Below are positions 25,343 through 35,726 of a stretch of DNA of 48,251 nucleotides, one piece after another. The stretch is taken from the IMG/VR virus record IMGVR_UViG_3300037851_001108, positions 1 to 48,251 of that record; one strand, 5' to 3'. The stretch is from a virus. Taxonomy: Duplodnaviria > Caudoviricetes. Position 1 is the stretch's first letter. The number at the start of each line of letters is the position of its first letter. The position numbers and the translations under genes are program-made. Under the pieces are notes generated by a model. The model was not told the DNA's origin, searched no databases, and worked only from the letters and a program-made list of their open reading frames with translations.

Positions 25343-27573
25343 CACACCCTCCAGACGGACTCGAGCCGGTGAAGGGGAGACAACCGCGTCTCCCACATCC
25401 GCACCCAGCCGTCGAGCTGCCGCGTTTCGTCGCAGCCGATCCCGAGGTAGTCCCGATCGAAAGGCACTGCGGTCTCCGAGGAGAGGCGCCCAAGGACGGA
25501 CCCGGTCGAGAGGAGGGACCCGTCCGCTTCGAGAAAGACGGCGTAGCCCACCTCGACGGAATAGGGACCGTACTCCGTCCAGCCTTCCGACCCGAGCCAG
25601 CGGGCCCAGGCCCGGAGCACATGGGCCCGCGTCAGGTCGACCCCGGGGATCGGGCAGTCCAGGCGGTACGTACCCTCCCCGCTGATCCCCCGCTCGAAGC
25701 GGACGATGTCGTCGTCGCCTGCGACGGCTACGAACTGGAGTGCGTCCCACGTGTCCGTGGCGTGCTGCGCGTGGAGGAGTGGCTTGACGGCATCGTCCGG
25801 GAGGTCGGTCGCCCGCCACCATGGACGCACTTCGACGACGGCCGTGCCCCGTTCGTGGACCCAGAGTTCGCGGCCCCAGACGTGGGGCATCTGGTGCGAG
25901 TCCTCCACGCGCTCGATCGTCGAGCCGAGTGTCACGATCGGCGGTCTGGCGCCCGCAACCGTCGCATCCGTGTGTTGCACGTCCACCAGGGCACCGTGGA
26001 TCGTCACCGGTCCCATGTTCGAGGACCACCGCCCAACGCCTATCGCGTAGGTGGTGGCAGTCACGGGGATGGCGTCCGCGATCACCTCTCCGACCGGCTC
26101 ATCGCTCGGGATAGGGTTGTAGACGGGACTCCCGTCCCAAGTCCGGGCCGCGGCGTTCCAGTATTCCCCTGCCCCGCGGGTGAGGTACCACTCCGCACAC
26201 TGCGTCCCGGGCGACGGCACGCTCGTGTTGCGCACGACGATCCGGACATGCAGATGCCCGGCGGCAAGCGAGCCGAGAAAGCGCTGGCGACCACCCGTCC
26301 CACCGCCAGACCCGTAGGTGAGCCGGCAGGACGACAGGTACCCCTGCTCCTCTGCCATGGCCACTGTCGTGTCGGCGGCTGCGGAGAAGCTGCCGGCATC
26401 GCCGTAGGTGCTCCATCCGCTCTGCATGAGGTCGAAGTTGTAGAGGGCGGTCGCCACATCCCCACCACCCGACACGGCCAGGCCTTCCGACGAGAGGTTC
26501 GGGTAGTGCTCGAGCACCCGCATCAGTACCCCGTCGCCAGGCCTCGACGACCATGCATCCTGCGCACGGACGTGCGTGATCCCGCGGCCCTTGTCGAGGA
26601 GAGCCAGGCCCTGGAGCTCGGGCGACCAGGCCCCGTCGATCCTGTATGCGGCCCAGCCGAGGCACGCGATCGGTCGGAGGTCGAGCACCTCGTCGGCCAC
26701 GGAACGACTCTCCGGGAGGTATGTGCGAGAGAGAATCATCCCAGGCCGCCGCTCAAGACGGCGGCGGCCCCAGCCGGCGCCGCCCACGGCTGGCCCCCGG
26801 GGGTGAGAGAGGTACACGCGTGAGCCGATCTGCCTCCGCGTGTGCTCTGCCAGTACCGACGAGCGGATGACATTCCGTGCCCGCCGCATGAGCCGCAGGG
26901 TGAGCGACGCGCCGTGCCGGACATTGGACACGAAGCCGCCGAGGTCCTCGATGTCGAGGGTCACCGTGAGGTACGGCGCGCGGATCTTGAAGAAGCTGCC
27001 CCCGGCAGGGTCGTAGGCCTTGCCGTTTGGGCCGTTGCTCCAGTTGAACTCGACTCCGACCGCCAGGTCGTTGATGTCCTCGAGGGTCCAGGGGCCACCC
27101 TCGGGGTGGGCGCTCATCTCCCACGTGAGGGTGTAGAGCTTGAACACGCCCGGCTCGGTGTTCACGTTCACGTTGTTCGGGTCTGAGTCTGTGAACTGAT
27201 AGGCGGCGGCGCCCGTGCCTACGAGCCAGGTGGCAAGGTCGCGCTTGCGTAGCATGATCGCGCAGCCCGGGCCGTGCGCGTTGTCGGGTGGGAACCACCA
27301 GTTGTTCGGCCCGCTCTGCTGGTAGTCGAAGCCGGTCGTGATCGTCACCTTGTCAAAGCGGGCTAGCGTCGGTCCCTTCTCGAAGGTCACGGCGTGCTGA
27401 GCCCCCCCGTCCGGCCAGCAGTAGGCGAAGCTCGCGTTGTCCGCGTCGTTCCAGGCGTCGAACAGCGTCACGTTTGGCGTGTTCTGCCAGCCGTAGGGCG
27501 ACGTGCCGGGGTCGAGGTTACCAGCTGAGTCGATCGCGATCCCGGCGGCGCGGAGGATGACCTGGCGCTTCAT
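25342..27573 (-). CDS. Large tail tip/baseplate-associated protein (743 aa)
   Basis: Long beta-rich ORF, second gene after the tape measure, coupled at both ends. Confidence 0.7.
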   Translation of the reverse strand: MKRQVILRAAGIAIDSAGNLDPGTSPYGWQNTPNVTLFDAWNDADNASFAYCWPDGGAQHAVTFEKGPTLARFDKVTITTGFDYQQSGPNNWWFPPDNAHGPGCAIMLRKRDLATWLVGTGAAAYQFTDSDPNNVNVNTEPGVFKLYTLTWEMSAHPEGGPWTLEDINDLAVGVEFNWSNGPNGKAYDPAGGSFFKIRAPYLTVTLDIEDLGGFVSNVRHGASLTLRLMRRARNVIRSSVLAEHTRRQIGSRVYLSHPRGPAVGGAGWGRRRLERRPGMILSRTYLPESRSVADEVLDLRPIACLGWAAYRIDGAWSPELQGLALLDKGRGITHVRAQDAWSSRPGDGVLMRVLEHYPNLSSEGLAVSGGGDVATALYNFDLMQSGWSTYGDAGSFSAAADTTVAMAEEQGYLSSCRLTYGSGGGTGGRQRFLGSLAAGHLHVRIVVRNTSVPSPGTQCAEWYLTRGAGEYWNAAARTWDGSPVYNPIPSDEPVGEVIADAIPVTATTYAIGVGRWSSNMGPVTIHGALVDVQHTDATVAGARPPIVTLGSTIERVEDSHQMPHVWGRELWVHERGTAVVEVRPWWRATDLPDDAVKPLLHAQHATDTWDALQFVAVAGDDDIVRFERGISGEGTYRLDCPIPGVDLTRAHVLRAWARWLGSEGWTEYGPYSVEVGYAVFLEADGSLLSTGSVLGRLSSETAVPFDRDYLGIGCDETRQLDGWVRMWETRLSPLHRLESVWRV

Positions 27574-28973
27574 GACGGGGGCACCGGGTCAGCCGGGGGA
27601 GCGGGATTCATGTCTGCCACCTCTTGAGTGAGCCTCGCCTGCGCCCACACGTTGTCGACCGTGAGGATCACCCTCTCTGGGAGCGCGGCGACGTCGTGTG
27701 CCTCGTAGGCCGACATGAACTTGTTGTCCGCGGCGGACCACATGAAGGGCTGGCGGATGTGCGTGTAGACCTCGCGCAGGTCCCCCGGCTCGTAGGGCAC
27801 ACGCCCGCCGGCGTGGTAGAGGTCGAGCTGGACGTGCGCATCGTCATCGGGCTCCACGTCGTCGGGGTCGATCACGATGAGGTCGAGCTGGCCGAGCTCG
27901 TTCCACTGGACGCGGGTCCAAGGATAGGCGTCGAGGAACGACTGCACGAGCTCGGCGGCTGTGTCCGCGTTCTGGTCGGCACCAAGGCGGCGGGCGGACT
28001 CGATCCTGTGGAGGGCGAAGAACTCCGAGGCGGCATCCCATGTCGCCGCGTTGATGACGGACACCGGCCCCCGCCATCCGGTGAGCGGAGGGCGCCGGTA
28101 TGCGAACTCCTGGAGGAGCGCCCTGAGCTGGTCCGGCGCCCCCGTGAGTGGGCTGCCTGTCGAGAGGCCGTTCTCGTCCGGGCCGCGGCAGTCGCACGAC
28201 ACGATGACGTCCTTCGCCGGCTGGTAGCCCTCGGCGTAGGCCACGATCGTCAAGTACGACCCGCCGTACACGCCGCGGAGGACGGACCATCCCGCGGTCC
28301 CCTGAGGCGTCCCGTCGTGATAGAGCCGCGCCACCTCCACCATCTGGTCGGCCGACAGCGCCCACCAGTACCCGATGTCTTTGTCGTAGCGGATGTTCAC
28401 CAGGGGGACGCTGCCGCGAGCTGTGATCCGGAAAAGGTCGTGGATGCCGATGACGAGCGGAAACGGCGTTCCGAAGATCGAGGTGTCGTAGGCCGAGCCC
28501 CACTCCGTTCTGGCAAAGAGGCCCGGGGGGATCACCGTGCGGAGGAGCGTGTCGTCCGTCTTCATGATGAGACGCGTGTAGGGCTCGTCGCGCGCCCAGT
28601 CCGACACTATTCCGCGGCCGAGAGGTTCCCAGTCCTCGTCTACAAGGCCTGGGGCGGCGAGGTCCGTCCGCGCAGCCGAGCCGCGGGGATCGTACGTCTC
28701 CAACATGTCGTGCAGCTCACCCCGCGGGTCCGCGACGTCGACCGACCACGACACGGCCTCGAGACGGTTGTGCTGGATGCCGGAGCCGTAACGGATCTCC
28801 GACCACCCCCCCGGTTTCGTCACTGCCGTCACCTGGCCGAGGGAGGTGAGCCGCACCGCAGGCGAGTAGATGCCGCGGCCGAGATCGAGGCCCCGCGCCG
28901 ACCAGTCCACAGCCAGGACTGGGAACGTCTCGGCGCCGCGGCGCCGAGCCTCGAGCATGGCGGCCGACCGCAT
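27570..28973 (-). CDS. Tail hub/tip protein
   Basis: Immediately after the tape measure. IPPGLF...W...GTPFPLVIG motif typical of hub-like proteins. Confidence 0.7.
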   Translation of the reverse strand: MRSAAMLEARRRGAETFPVLAVDWSARGLDLGRGIYSPAVRLTSLGQVTAVTKPGGWSEIRYGSGIQHNRLEAVSWSVDVADPRGELHDMLETYDPRGSAARTDLAAPGLVDEDWEPLGRGIVSDWARDEPYTRLIMKTDDTLLRTVIPPGLFARTEWGSAYDTSIFGTPFPLVIGIHDLFRITARGSVPLVNIRYDKDIGYWWALSADQMVEVARLYHDGTPQGTAGWSVLRGVYGGSYLTIVAYAEGYQPAKDVIVSCDCRGPDENGLSTGSPLTGAPDQLRALLQEFAYRRPPLTGWRGPVSVINAATWDAASEFFALHRIESARRLGADQNADTAAELVQSFLDAYPWTRVQWNELGQLDLIVIDPDDVEPDDDAHVQLDLYHAGGRVPYEPGDLREVYTHIRQPFMWSAADNKFMSAYEAHDVAALPERVILTVDNVWAQARLTQEVADMNPAPPADPVPPS

Positions 28974-31900
28974 CAGGCGAGGCCCGCTGCGATGGCTCCC
29001 GCCAGGCTGCGACCCACGTCCCGGCGCACGAGCCCGAGGATGTGCTCGTTCATCTGCCGCACGGTCTCGGCCGTCTGGAGAGGATTGTTCTCGATGTTGA
29101 GCTCCACGTTCACGGTGGAGCCTCCGAGCCCGGGGCCGCCGCCGCCGCGGTCCAGTGGGATGATCGCCTCTCGGCCGTGGAGGATGGCGAGCGCTCCGCT
29201 ACCGAAGTCGCCGATGCCGCCGGCCTGGAAGCTCGGCAGCTCGCCGACTTCGGTCCCCCCGTACTCCCGCGGGCGGGCGAACTCGGGCTCGCCTGGCACC
29301 GGCGCCGCGCCGGCCTGGTAGTGCACCGGAATCGTCACCGGCGGGACGCCCGTCAGGGCCGCGACGAGGGCCTCGATCGCCGATACGGCGCGCGAGAGAC
29401 CTTCCGTCAGGGTCTCGGTGAAGGTGAGGCCCGCGGCCTCGGCGCTCGTGAACGCCTCGCCGTTCTCGTCGAGGAGCTGTCCGCTCTGGATCAGCTGATC
29501 CACCATGGGCTTCATCGCCATGGGGATCGCCTGGCCGGCGGCGAGGGCCTGCTGGACGAACGTGCTGAAGTTCGGCGCCATCTTGGCGATCACGGCGTTC
29601 ATGTCGGCGCCGCTCGCCTGGAGCACCCTATAGTCCTGTAGGAGCTGGGCCGCCTGCTCGTCGAGCTGCTGCCGGGCGAATGCGGGCCCGAGCTCCTCGA
29701 TCGTCAGCCCGTATCGCTGGGCCGCGTCGTTCACCGCCTCCTCCGCGGTGTCCCACGACCCGAGCTTCCCGGTGATCTCGTCGATCGCGGCCTGAAGGCC
29801 CTTCTTGGAGTCCCGCGCGGCGAAGAGCTTGTCGAGCGACACCCCCGCCGCGGCGGCCTTCTGCCGGAGGGCGTCGAGGCCGCCCTGGCTCTCGATGAAG
29901 GAGTTGCGGAGCTTGTTGACCTCCTTCTCCTTCCCGCCGAAGAGGTTGGAGATCCCCTTCCCGACCTTCCCAATCAGCGAGCCGAGGCCGGCGCCCAGGA
30001 TCGATCCGAGGCCCGGGAGGATGGACGCGAAGGCGCTCCCGAGGGTCTTTCCGAAGATGTTCGCGAGCCCCTTGCCGAGGGGGCCGTTCTCGCCCGCGAG
30101 GCCGCCGAGGATGCTGCCGCCCAGGTACGAGCCGATCGACTTGCCGACGTCTCCACCCCCCTGGAAGGCCGCCAGGACCGCCTGCGGCAGGCCGGCCATG
30201 GTGTCCTTCATCACCGAGCCGAAGGTGACCGGCACGCTCGCCAGGGCCCTCTGGAGCACGTCGCCCGACGCGCCGGCGAGCTCGAGGGATTGCTCAATCT
30301 CGCGCGTCGACAGCCCCGCCGCCGCCGCCGCCGCCGCGATGGCGTCGAACTTCTCTTGCCCAACCTCGAGGATGGCGGGGTCGAGCGGCGTGATCTCGAT
30401 CCCGAGGTCGAGGGTGTCGGGCATCTCGGGGATCTGGATCTTCCCGCCCTTCAGGACTCCGAGGAGCCCCTTGTCCGTGATCTCCGCTCCCTGCTTCTGG
30501 AGTTGCACGAGCTTCTGGCGCAGCGCCTCGATGTCGGCAACCCCTTGGATGCCGAGCTGGTTGAACGCCACAGCCAAGTTCTCGACCTCGCGCTGCGCCG
30601 TCTGTCCTGACAGTTGAGCCGAAAGGCGTTTCGTTTCGGCGGCAGCTCTCTCTGCCTCCTTGGAGACCCGCCCGAGCCCGACCGCGGCTGGATCGAGTCC
30701 GGACTTGAAGGCGTCCTTCAGAGCCGCCGCGTTGGCGATGGTCTTCCGGACCTCGGCCGAGGTCTTCGAGAAGCCCTCGGCGACGTTCTTCCCCTGGGTG
30801 CGGATGTTCGGCCCGGTGTTCTGTAGGTTGAGGTTGAACTCCTGCAGTTCTCGTGCGGCGTTTCGGAAGGGCTCGCCGAGTGTCCCGGGGACCTTCCCCA
30901 TTACCTCGAAGAGAGCACGGAAGCCGATGGTGATCCTGTTCACGACGATGGCGGCGGCGTCTGCGAGGTTGGCGATTCCGCCATAGAACATCTGGATGAA
31001 GCCGTCCATGGAGCCCCCGGCCGCCAGCCAGGCCGCGCCGAAGGCGAGGGCGGCGCCCGTGAGTACACCCAGGATCGGGACGAGGACGGGACCGGCCGCG
31101 ATGACCGCACTCAGTGCCATCGAGAAGCCGCCAAGGGCGAGCAGCGCAGGGCCGAGCGCGGCGGCGAACGCAGCGACTGCGATGACGGCAGTCTGAACGG
31201 GTGGCGAGAGCTCGCTGAAACCCTGGACCACGGCCTTGAGGTAGGGGAGCACCGAGTTGAAGGCCTGCACCATCGATGTGGCCAGGGGCAGGAGTGCGGC
31301 TCCGATGTCGCGGATCAGGAAGCCCAGCTCGTCCTTCAGGGTGCTCCACTGTCCGAGGAGTGTCTTGCTCTGCTGCTCCATCATCCCGCCGAACCTCTCG
31401 GACATCCCCTGGAGGATCGACGGCACTGCGACAGCGGCTGAGATCGCCCCCTTCTCGGCGAGCTTCATGGCCTCCGGAATGGAGACGCCAATCGTCCTGG
31501 CCAGGATGTCCCAGGCCGGGATACCCCGCTCTGCCAGCTGGTTCATCTCCTGCGCCGAAACCTTACCCTTGGCGCTCATCTGGCCCAGGGCGAGCGTGAC
31601 GCCGTCGATGACGTCCTTCCCGCCGCCGAGGCCGGCGGCGGCGTCGCCGATCGCAGTCAGTGTCGGAATGATCTGCTCGGCCGTGAAGCCGAGGGCGAGC
31701 ATCCGCTTCGACGCGTCCACCAGGTCCGGAAACGCGAACGGCGTCCGGGCGGCGAAGGCTTCCATTTCGGCGAGGAAAGCCCGGGCCCTCTCGGCAGACC
31801 CAAGCATGGTGGTGAAGGCGATCTCCGTCTGCTGAAACTCCCCGGCGGCCTTGATGGCGAGACCGCCGAGGGCCGTGATCGGGAGCGTTAGCGCGGCGGA

Positions 31901-32110
31901 CAGAGCAACGCCGACCCCCTGCAGGCGCGACCCGATCGAATCGGCGAAGTCCGCGATCTTCCTCGACGCGCCGGTGTCCAGGCTCTTGTCGAGAGCCTTG
32001 AACTTGTCGCCCAGCTTGTCGACGGCAGCGGCGGCACCAGCGAAGCCTCTCTCGAAGCCTTCAGTCCCCGCCGAGAGCACGACCCGGAGGGTCCGGACGG
32101 TGTCAGCCAT
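28973..32110 (-). CDS. Tape measure protein
   Basis: 1045 aa, Ala/Gly-rich. N-terminal FTTMLGSAE...AARTPF...ALGQMSAKGKVSAQEMNQLAERGIP domain and hydrophobic segments. Confidence 0.95.
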   Translation of the reverse strand: MADTVRTLRVVLSAGTEGFERGFAGAAAAVDKLGDKFKALDKSLDTGASRKIADFADSIGSRLQGVGVALSAALTLPITALGGLAIKAAGEFQQTEIAFTTMLGSAERARAFLAEMEAFAARTPFAFPDLVDASKRMLALGFTAEQIIPTLTAIGDAAAGLGGGKDVIDGVTLALGQMSAKGKVSAQEMNQLAERGIPAWDILARTIGVSIPEAMKLAEKGAISAAVAVPSILQGMSERFGGMMEQQSKTLLGQWSTLKDELGFLIRDIGAALLPLATSMVQAFNSVLPYLKAVVQGFSELSPPVQTAVIAVAAFAAALGPALLALGGFSMALSAVIAAGPVLVPILGVLTGAALAFGAAWLAAGGSMDGFIQMFYGGIANLADAAAIVVNRITIGFRALFEVMGKVPGTLGEPFRNAARELQEFNLNLQNTGPNIRTQGKNVAEGFSKTSAEVRKTIANAAALKDAFKSGLDPAAVGLGRVSKEAERAAAETKRLSAQLSGQTAQREVENLAVAFNQLGIQGVADIEALRQKLVQLQKQGAEITDKGLLGVLKGGKIQIPEMPDTLDLGIEITPLDPAILEVGQEKFDAIAAAAAAAGLSTREIEQSLELAGASGDVLQRALASVPVTFGSVMKDTMAGLPQAVLAAFQGGGDVGKSIGSYLGGSILGGLAGENGPLGKGLANIFGKTLGSAFASILPGLGSILGAGLGSLIGKVGKGISNLFGGKEKEVNKLRNSFIESQGGLDALRQKAAAAGVSLDKLFAARDSKKGLQAAIDEITGKLGSWDTAEEAVNDAAQRYGLTIEELGPAFARQQLDEQAAQLLQDYRVLQASGADMNAVIAKMAPNFSTFVQQALAAGQAIPMAMKPMVDQLIQSGQLLDENGEAFTSAEAAGLTFTETLTEGLSRAVSAIEALVAALTGVPPVTIPVHYQAGAAPVPGEPEFARPREYGGTEVGELPSFQAGGIGDFGSGALAILHGREAIIPLDRGGGGPGLGGSTVNVELNIENNPLQTAETVRQMNEHILGLVRRDVGRSLAGAIAAGLA

Positions 32111-32434
32111 TCGTGATCTCCGTGGCTCGTGGCCGGATCTTGAGTCCGAGGCCGGCGGCCCAAGCCGTCACGTTTTGGCGTACCGTCCACGGGTCCTGTG
32201 GCGGACGAGGCGCGGCGTCCCGCAGGAGCTTCTTCAGGCTCGGGAGCCGCTTCTGTCTCATCAGTGCCGCCACGTACCAAGCCTCTCGGAGTGAGAGGCG
32301 CGCTGCCTGCTCCTGACGCCACAGCGCGCCTTCGATGCGAATCGAGATCTCGCGGAGCGTCGCCGCGTTGAACTCGTCCGGTGTGATTCCCGCCCGGGCC
32401 GCGTCTACGAGGGCGTCGGCCCAACGGAAGGGCG
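32103..32434 (-). CDS. Tail assembly chaperone GT extension (-1 frameshift product)
   Basis: -1 frame from CGC CCT TCC reads PFRWADALVDAARAGITPDEFNAATLREI...AWYVAALMRQKRLPSLKKLL. No independent start. Confidence 0.75.
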
Positions 32435-32776
32435 GGGCTTCTCGCCCCTCCTTTCGCCTCCGGGCTTCTTCTCGGGCAGCGCCCAGCGCAGCGCCTGCTC
32501 GATCACCTCTCCGACCCTCATCATCCCGAGCTCGGTCACGACGTCCCCTGCCTGCTCCTCCGTCGTGTCAGGCTGATCGCGCAGGAGCCCAGAGTGGACG
32601 ATCGTCCGGACGGCCTTGAACGACCGCAGGTTCGAAAGGGCGAGGAGGAACTTCGCGTCGTCGTCGGCCAGGCCGAGGGCATCCTGGATGCGGATCATCT
32701 CGTTGACGCCGAGGCGGAAGGTCAGCTTGCGCCCGCCCGCCTCGACCTCGACCTCACCCCTCAGGTGGTTCGGCAC
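32405..32776 (-). CDS. Tail assembly chaperone (GTA-gp10-like)
   Basis: MPNHLRGEVEV...LTFRLGVNEM. Lies between tail tube and tape measure. Confidence 0.85.
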   Translation of the reverse strand: MPNHLRGEVEVEAGGRKLTFRLGVNEMIRIQDALGLADDDAKFLLALSNLRSFKAVRTIVHSGLLRDQPDTTEEQAGDVVTELGMMRVGEVIEQALRWALPEKKPGGERRGEKPRPSVGPTPS

Positions 32777-32795
32777 GTCTCATCCCCCCCGTTCG

Positions 32796-33248
32796 TTAGG
32801 TCGTGTACTCCAGCGTGCGTACCACGGCGCCGGCCACCTTGAGGGTGATCTCCGCGGTGAGGGGATCGTTCGGCCCGATGTTGGGCTTGAAGCCCTTGAT
32901 GTAGGCCGGGAAGACGTCGGTCTCCATGCCGTCGGGGAAGACGAACTTCCAGTTCGAGACGACCCCGGACTCCTTGTCCGCGACGAGCTGCTGGTGGATC
33001 TGGTAGACGCCCGGGTTGTAGTTGACCGTGAAGCTCGCCTCGCCCGCGTCGATGAGACCGCGGATGAACTCCTTCGTGCGGTCGGGCGACTCGAAGTGCG
33101 TCACCTCGTGGTCGTCGGCCTGCTCGTCGGCTGGCTCGAAGGCGGTTACCTCGGTGACCGCCGTGAAGGTCTCCGGGGGGCCGTCCCCGTTCCCGCGCGA
33201 GAGCTGCGAGCCCCACCCGATGACGGCCTGCGTCGCGTGTTCGGCCAT
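32796..33248 (-). CDS. Major tail tube protein
   Basis: FTAVTEV...EVTHFES...KEFIRGLIDAGEASFTVNYNP...TAEITLKVAG. AAGGAGG RBS. Confidence 0.9.
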   Translation of the reverse strand: MAEHATQAVIGWGSQLSRGNGDGPPETFTAVTEVTAFEPADEQADDHEVTHFESPDRTKEFIRGLIDAGEASFTVNYNPGVYQIHQQLVADKESGVVSNWKFVFPDGMETDVFPAYIKGFKPNIGPNDPLTAEITLKVAGAVVRTLEYTT

Positions 33249-33276
33249 GTGCTGTTCTCCTCCTTCGGGGCGACCC

Positions 33277-33846
33277 TCAGTCGCCTGTTCCCTTGGACCG
33301 GCGGAAAGCGATGTCGTTCCGCAGGTTCTTCACCAGCGATTCCTGTGCGGATTCCTTGAACGTGTCGAGCCTCTTCTCGAACCAGTGCGGCATCGCCGGG
33401 GTCTTGCGCTCGACGATTGGCAGCCGCTTCTTCTGGCGGCGGATGAAGATCCCGCGATGCTGTCCCTTCCCGACCTTCGTGATGAAACCGCCCAGGACCT
33501 GTTTCCGTCCTCCCGCCGGGCTGCGGTACGTCGCCCCCTTCCCCTTGCCCCGAGAGGGCTCGGGGCCTCTGCCCTGGAAGTTGAGCAGCGGGATCGGCGC
33601 GCCGGAGATCGTGATCGCCACCGCGGGCTGCGTCTTGTTCGCCTTGTCGACCTTGATGTTCTTCTCGATGGCCCTCTGCGCGATGCCTGTGTCGCCCGCG
33701 ACAGCCTTCTTCATGGCCGTCTTGCCGCTCACGCCGGCCCGATTGAGTGCGCGCGCCATCATGGCCGGGGCCTCACGGCCCATCTCGAGCAGCTCACGAT
33801 GGATATCCTGGAGGTCGAGGTGAAATCGGTTGATGCTGGTACTCAC
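33277..33846 (-). CDS. Tail completion protein, lambda gpZ-like
   Basis: Basic protein with ARALNRA, GFI...HRGIFIR...RLPI. Confidence 0.75.
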   Translation of the reverse strand: MSTSINRFHLDLQDIHRELLEMGREAPAMMARALNRAGVSGKTAMKKAVAGDTGIAQRAIEKNIKVDKANKTQPAVAITISGAPIPLLNFQGRGPEPSRGKGKGATYRSPAGGRKQVLGGFITKVGKGQHRGIFIRRQKKRLPIVERKTPAMPHWFEKRLDTFKESAQESLVKNLRNDIAFRRSKGTGD

Positions 33847-34352
33847 GAGCCACCACCGCCCCACGCTTCCTCGAAATGGGCGACGTACTCGACCGACGCT
33901 CCCACGTAGGTGCTGCCCTCCTGGCGGCGAAGGGCCCGGATGCTCCCCCTCTCGAGCCCCTTCGGCAGTGTCCCGTAGGGCTTTCCCTCCTCCTCGGTCA
34001 GCATCCCGAGGAAGCGGTCCACAGACCCGTCGGCCTCGATCTCGACTGCCTCCTTGATGTCCGCGATGATGGCCTCGACGGCGAGGAGGGGCTGCTCCAG
34101 GGTGGCCGGCACGACTGCCCAGATTTCGATCGGCGTGCGTGTCCGGATGAGACCCCCGCTCGTCTGGGGGCTGTCCTCACCCACGAGCACCGCGAGGGCC
34201 TCGGGCGGGTCGTCTTCGCCGAAGGTCGGCGCCTCGCCGAGGAAGATGTGCTCGCCGGCGTCGGTGTTGTACCCCTTCTCCTTCGTGATGTAGGCCAGGC
34301 GGGCGATGAGGTCCTGCAGGGCGGCCTGGCGCTTGCTGGGGTAGAGGGCCAT
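33843..34352 (-). CDS. Tail terminator (gpU-like)
   Basis: Acidic. RQAALQDLIARLAYITKEKGYNTD...ADIKEAV...VEY. Confidence 0.7.
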   Translation of the reverse strand: MALYPSKRQAALQDLIARLAYITKEKGYNTDAGEHIFLGEAPTFGEDDPPEALAVLVGEDSPQTSGGLIRTRTPIEIWAVVPATLEQPLLAVEAIIADIKEAVEIEADGSVDRFLGMLTEEEGKPYGTLPKGLERGSIRALRRQEGSTYVGASVEYVAHFEEAWGGGGS

Positions 34353-34356
34353 CGCG

Positions 34357-34686
34357 TTACGTGCTCTGGGTGTTGGGGATGACGACGATGCGGTAGTGGT
34401 CCGGATGGAAGCTCTCCATCGCGTCGGAGCGCCATTCCAGGACCGGACCACCCTCGAACTCGGACATGGCGATCACGGTCCCGCGCGGGACCTGCGGCAC
34501 TTCGGCTCGAGAGAGGACGAGGATGCGCCGCGCCTCCGACCGCCGGAACTCTGCCACTTCGGTGTCCTTCGTCTCGTACCGGAGCCAGAAGCCCACGGTT
34601 TCGACGGGGTCACCGTCAGGTGGAGTCACGACGGCCGGCAGCGCGAACGCGAACATCGCCGACTCGAGCGGAGGCCGCAGGTCCAT
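34357..34686 (-). CDS. Head-tail joining/closure protein (gpFII-like)
   Basis: FALPAVVTPP...PRGTVI. Directly after the capsid gene. Confidence 0.7.
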   Translation of the reverse strand: MDLRPPLESAMFAFALPAVVTPPDGDPVETVGFWLRYETKDTEVAEFRRSEARRILVLSRAEVPQVPRGTVIAMSEFEGGPVLEWRSDAMESFHPDHYRIVVIPNTQST

Positions 34687-34699
34687 TCGCCGGGAGCCG

Positions 34700-35689
34700 T
34701 TACGTCGCGAGCGTCAGCTTCACGACGGCCCGGGGCCGGAGGCAGAGGGCCAGGGGGTTCGACTGCGAGTTGAGCTTCACCCACCGCTGAAACTGCTCGT
34801 CGAGCGCCTGCTTCGCGTAGACGGGGAGGCCGACGGTGTTGACGGTCTCGATGTAGTCGGCCGGGGCGAAGTACGTGGCGAAGATGCCGGTCCCCATCGG
34901 GAACACGTAGGCCTCGTCGGTCGGGAAGAACGACACCGCCCCGACGGAGCCGCGGTAGTTCTCCCAGGTGACGCCGCCGTACTCGAAGCCGCTGCGGAGG
35001 TCGCCCCGCAGCATCGCGCTCTCCTGGTACTTCAGGCTCTCCTGGACGTCGGACGAGTCGACGAGCAGGTCGAAGAACGTGTCCCCGCAGAAGGCGCGGT
35101 AGCCGGAGATCGGCTCGGCTCCCATCTCGGTCTCGATCAGCCGCTGGACGGCGACGATCTGGGACCGGACGTTCGCCGTGAGGTCGAGGTCGTCGGTCTG
35201 CTGCGAGACGCCGAACTCGGTGAAGAGGTCGAACAGCGTCGACGAGCCGTCGGCGTCGAGGATCTGCCCCTTGATGGCGCCGGCGCGCAGATGCTCCAGG
35301 GTGACCTCGTGCATGGCCCGCAGGTCGGCCAGGCGCTCCGCGACGATCGCCTGGACGGCCTCCTGGGCGTTCTCCGACCCGAAGGCCCGGACGTTCTGCA
35401 CCTCGTCGGCCATGATGGTCGAGTCGCGCTCGAGGTGGGGCACGACGAAGGACCGCGCCGTGCGCTTCTCGGCGCCGATCGAGGAGGCGGGGCCGCCGCG
35501 GGGGCTCGTCGGGATCAGGGAGAGGCGCCCGTTCTTCTCCTCGACGACGACGGTGGTGGTGGTGATGCCGCGCTCGCGGAAGAGGCCGAGCGCGCCGATC
35601 CGGCCGGGCTTGAACGGGGCCTTCAGGATCGAGTCGGTGAGCGACGCGACGTTGAACGCGTCGGAGCGGAAGACGTCGAGCATCGGCAT
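34700..35689 (-). CDS. Major capsid protein, lambda gpE family
   Basis: DVFRSDAFNVASLT, GLFRERGITT, TLEHLRAGAIKG, FEYGGVTWENY, QSNPLALCLRP. Confidence 0.95.
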   Translation of the reverse strand: MPMLDVFRSDAFNVASLTDSILKAPFKPGRIGALGLFRERGITTTTVVVEEKNGRLSLIPTSPRGGPASSIGAEKRTARSFVVPHLERDSTIMADEVQNVRAFGSENAQEAVQAIVAERLADLRAMHEVTLEHLRAGAIKGQILDADGSSTLFDLFTEFGVSQQTDDLDLTANVRSQIVAVQRLIETEMGAEPISGYRAFCGDTFFDLLVDSSDVQESLKYQESAMLRGDLRSGFEYGGVTWENYRGSVGAVSFFPTDEAYVFPMGTGIFATYFAPADYIETVNTVGLPVYAKQALDEQFQRWVKLNSQSNPLALCLRPRAVVKLTLAT

Positions 35690-35726
35690 GATCTGTTCTC
35701 CTTGCCTTTCTTCGTGTGAGGCGGCC

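Noticed and set aside
21134-27573. Diversity-generating retroelement or invertible tail-fibre cassette
   Set aside because: No reverse transcriptase, no template/variable repeat pair and no invertase with inverted sites was seen.
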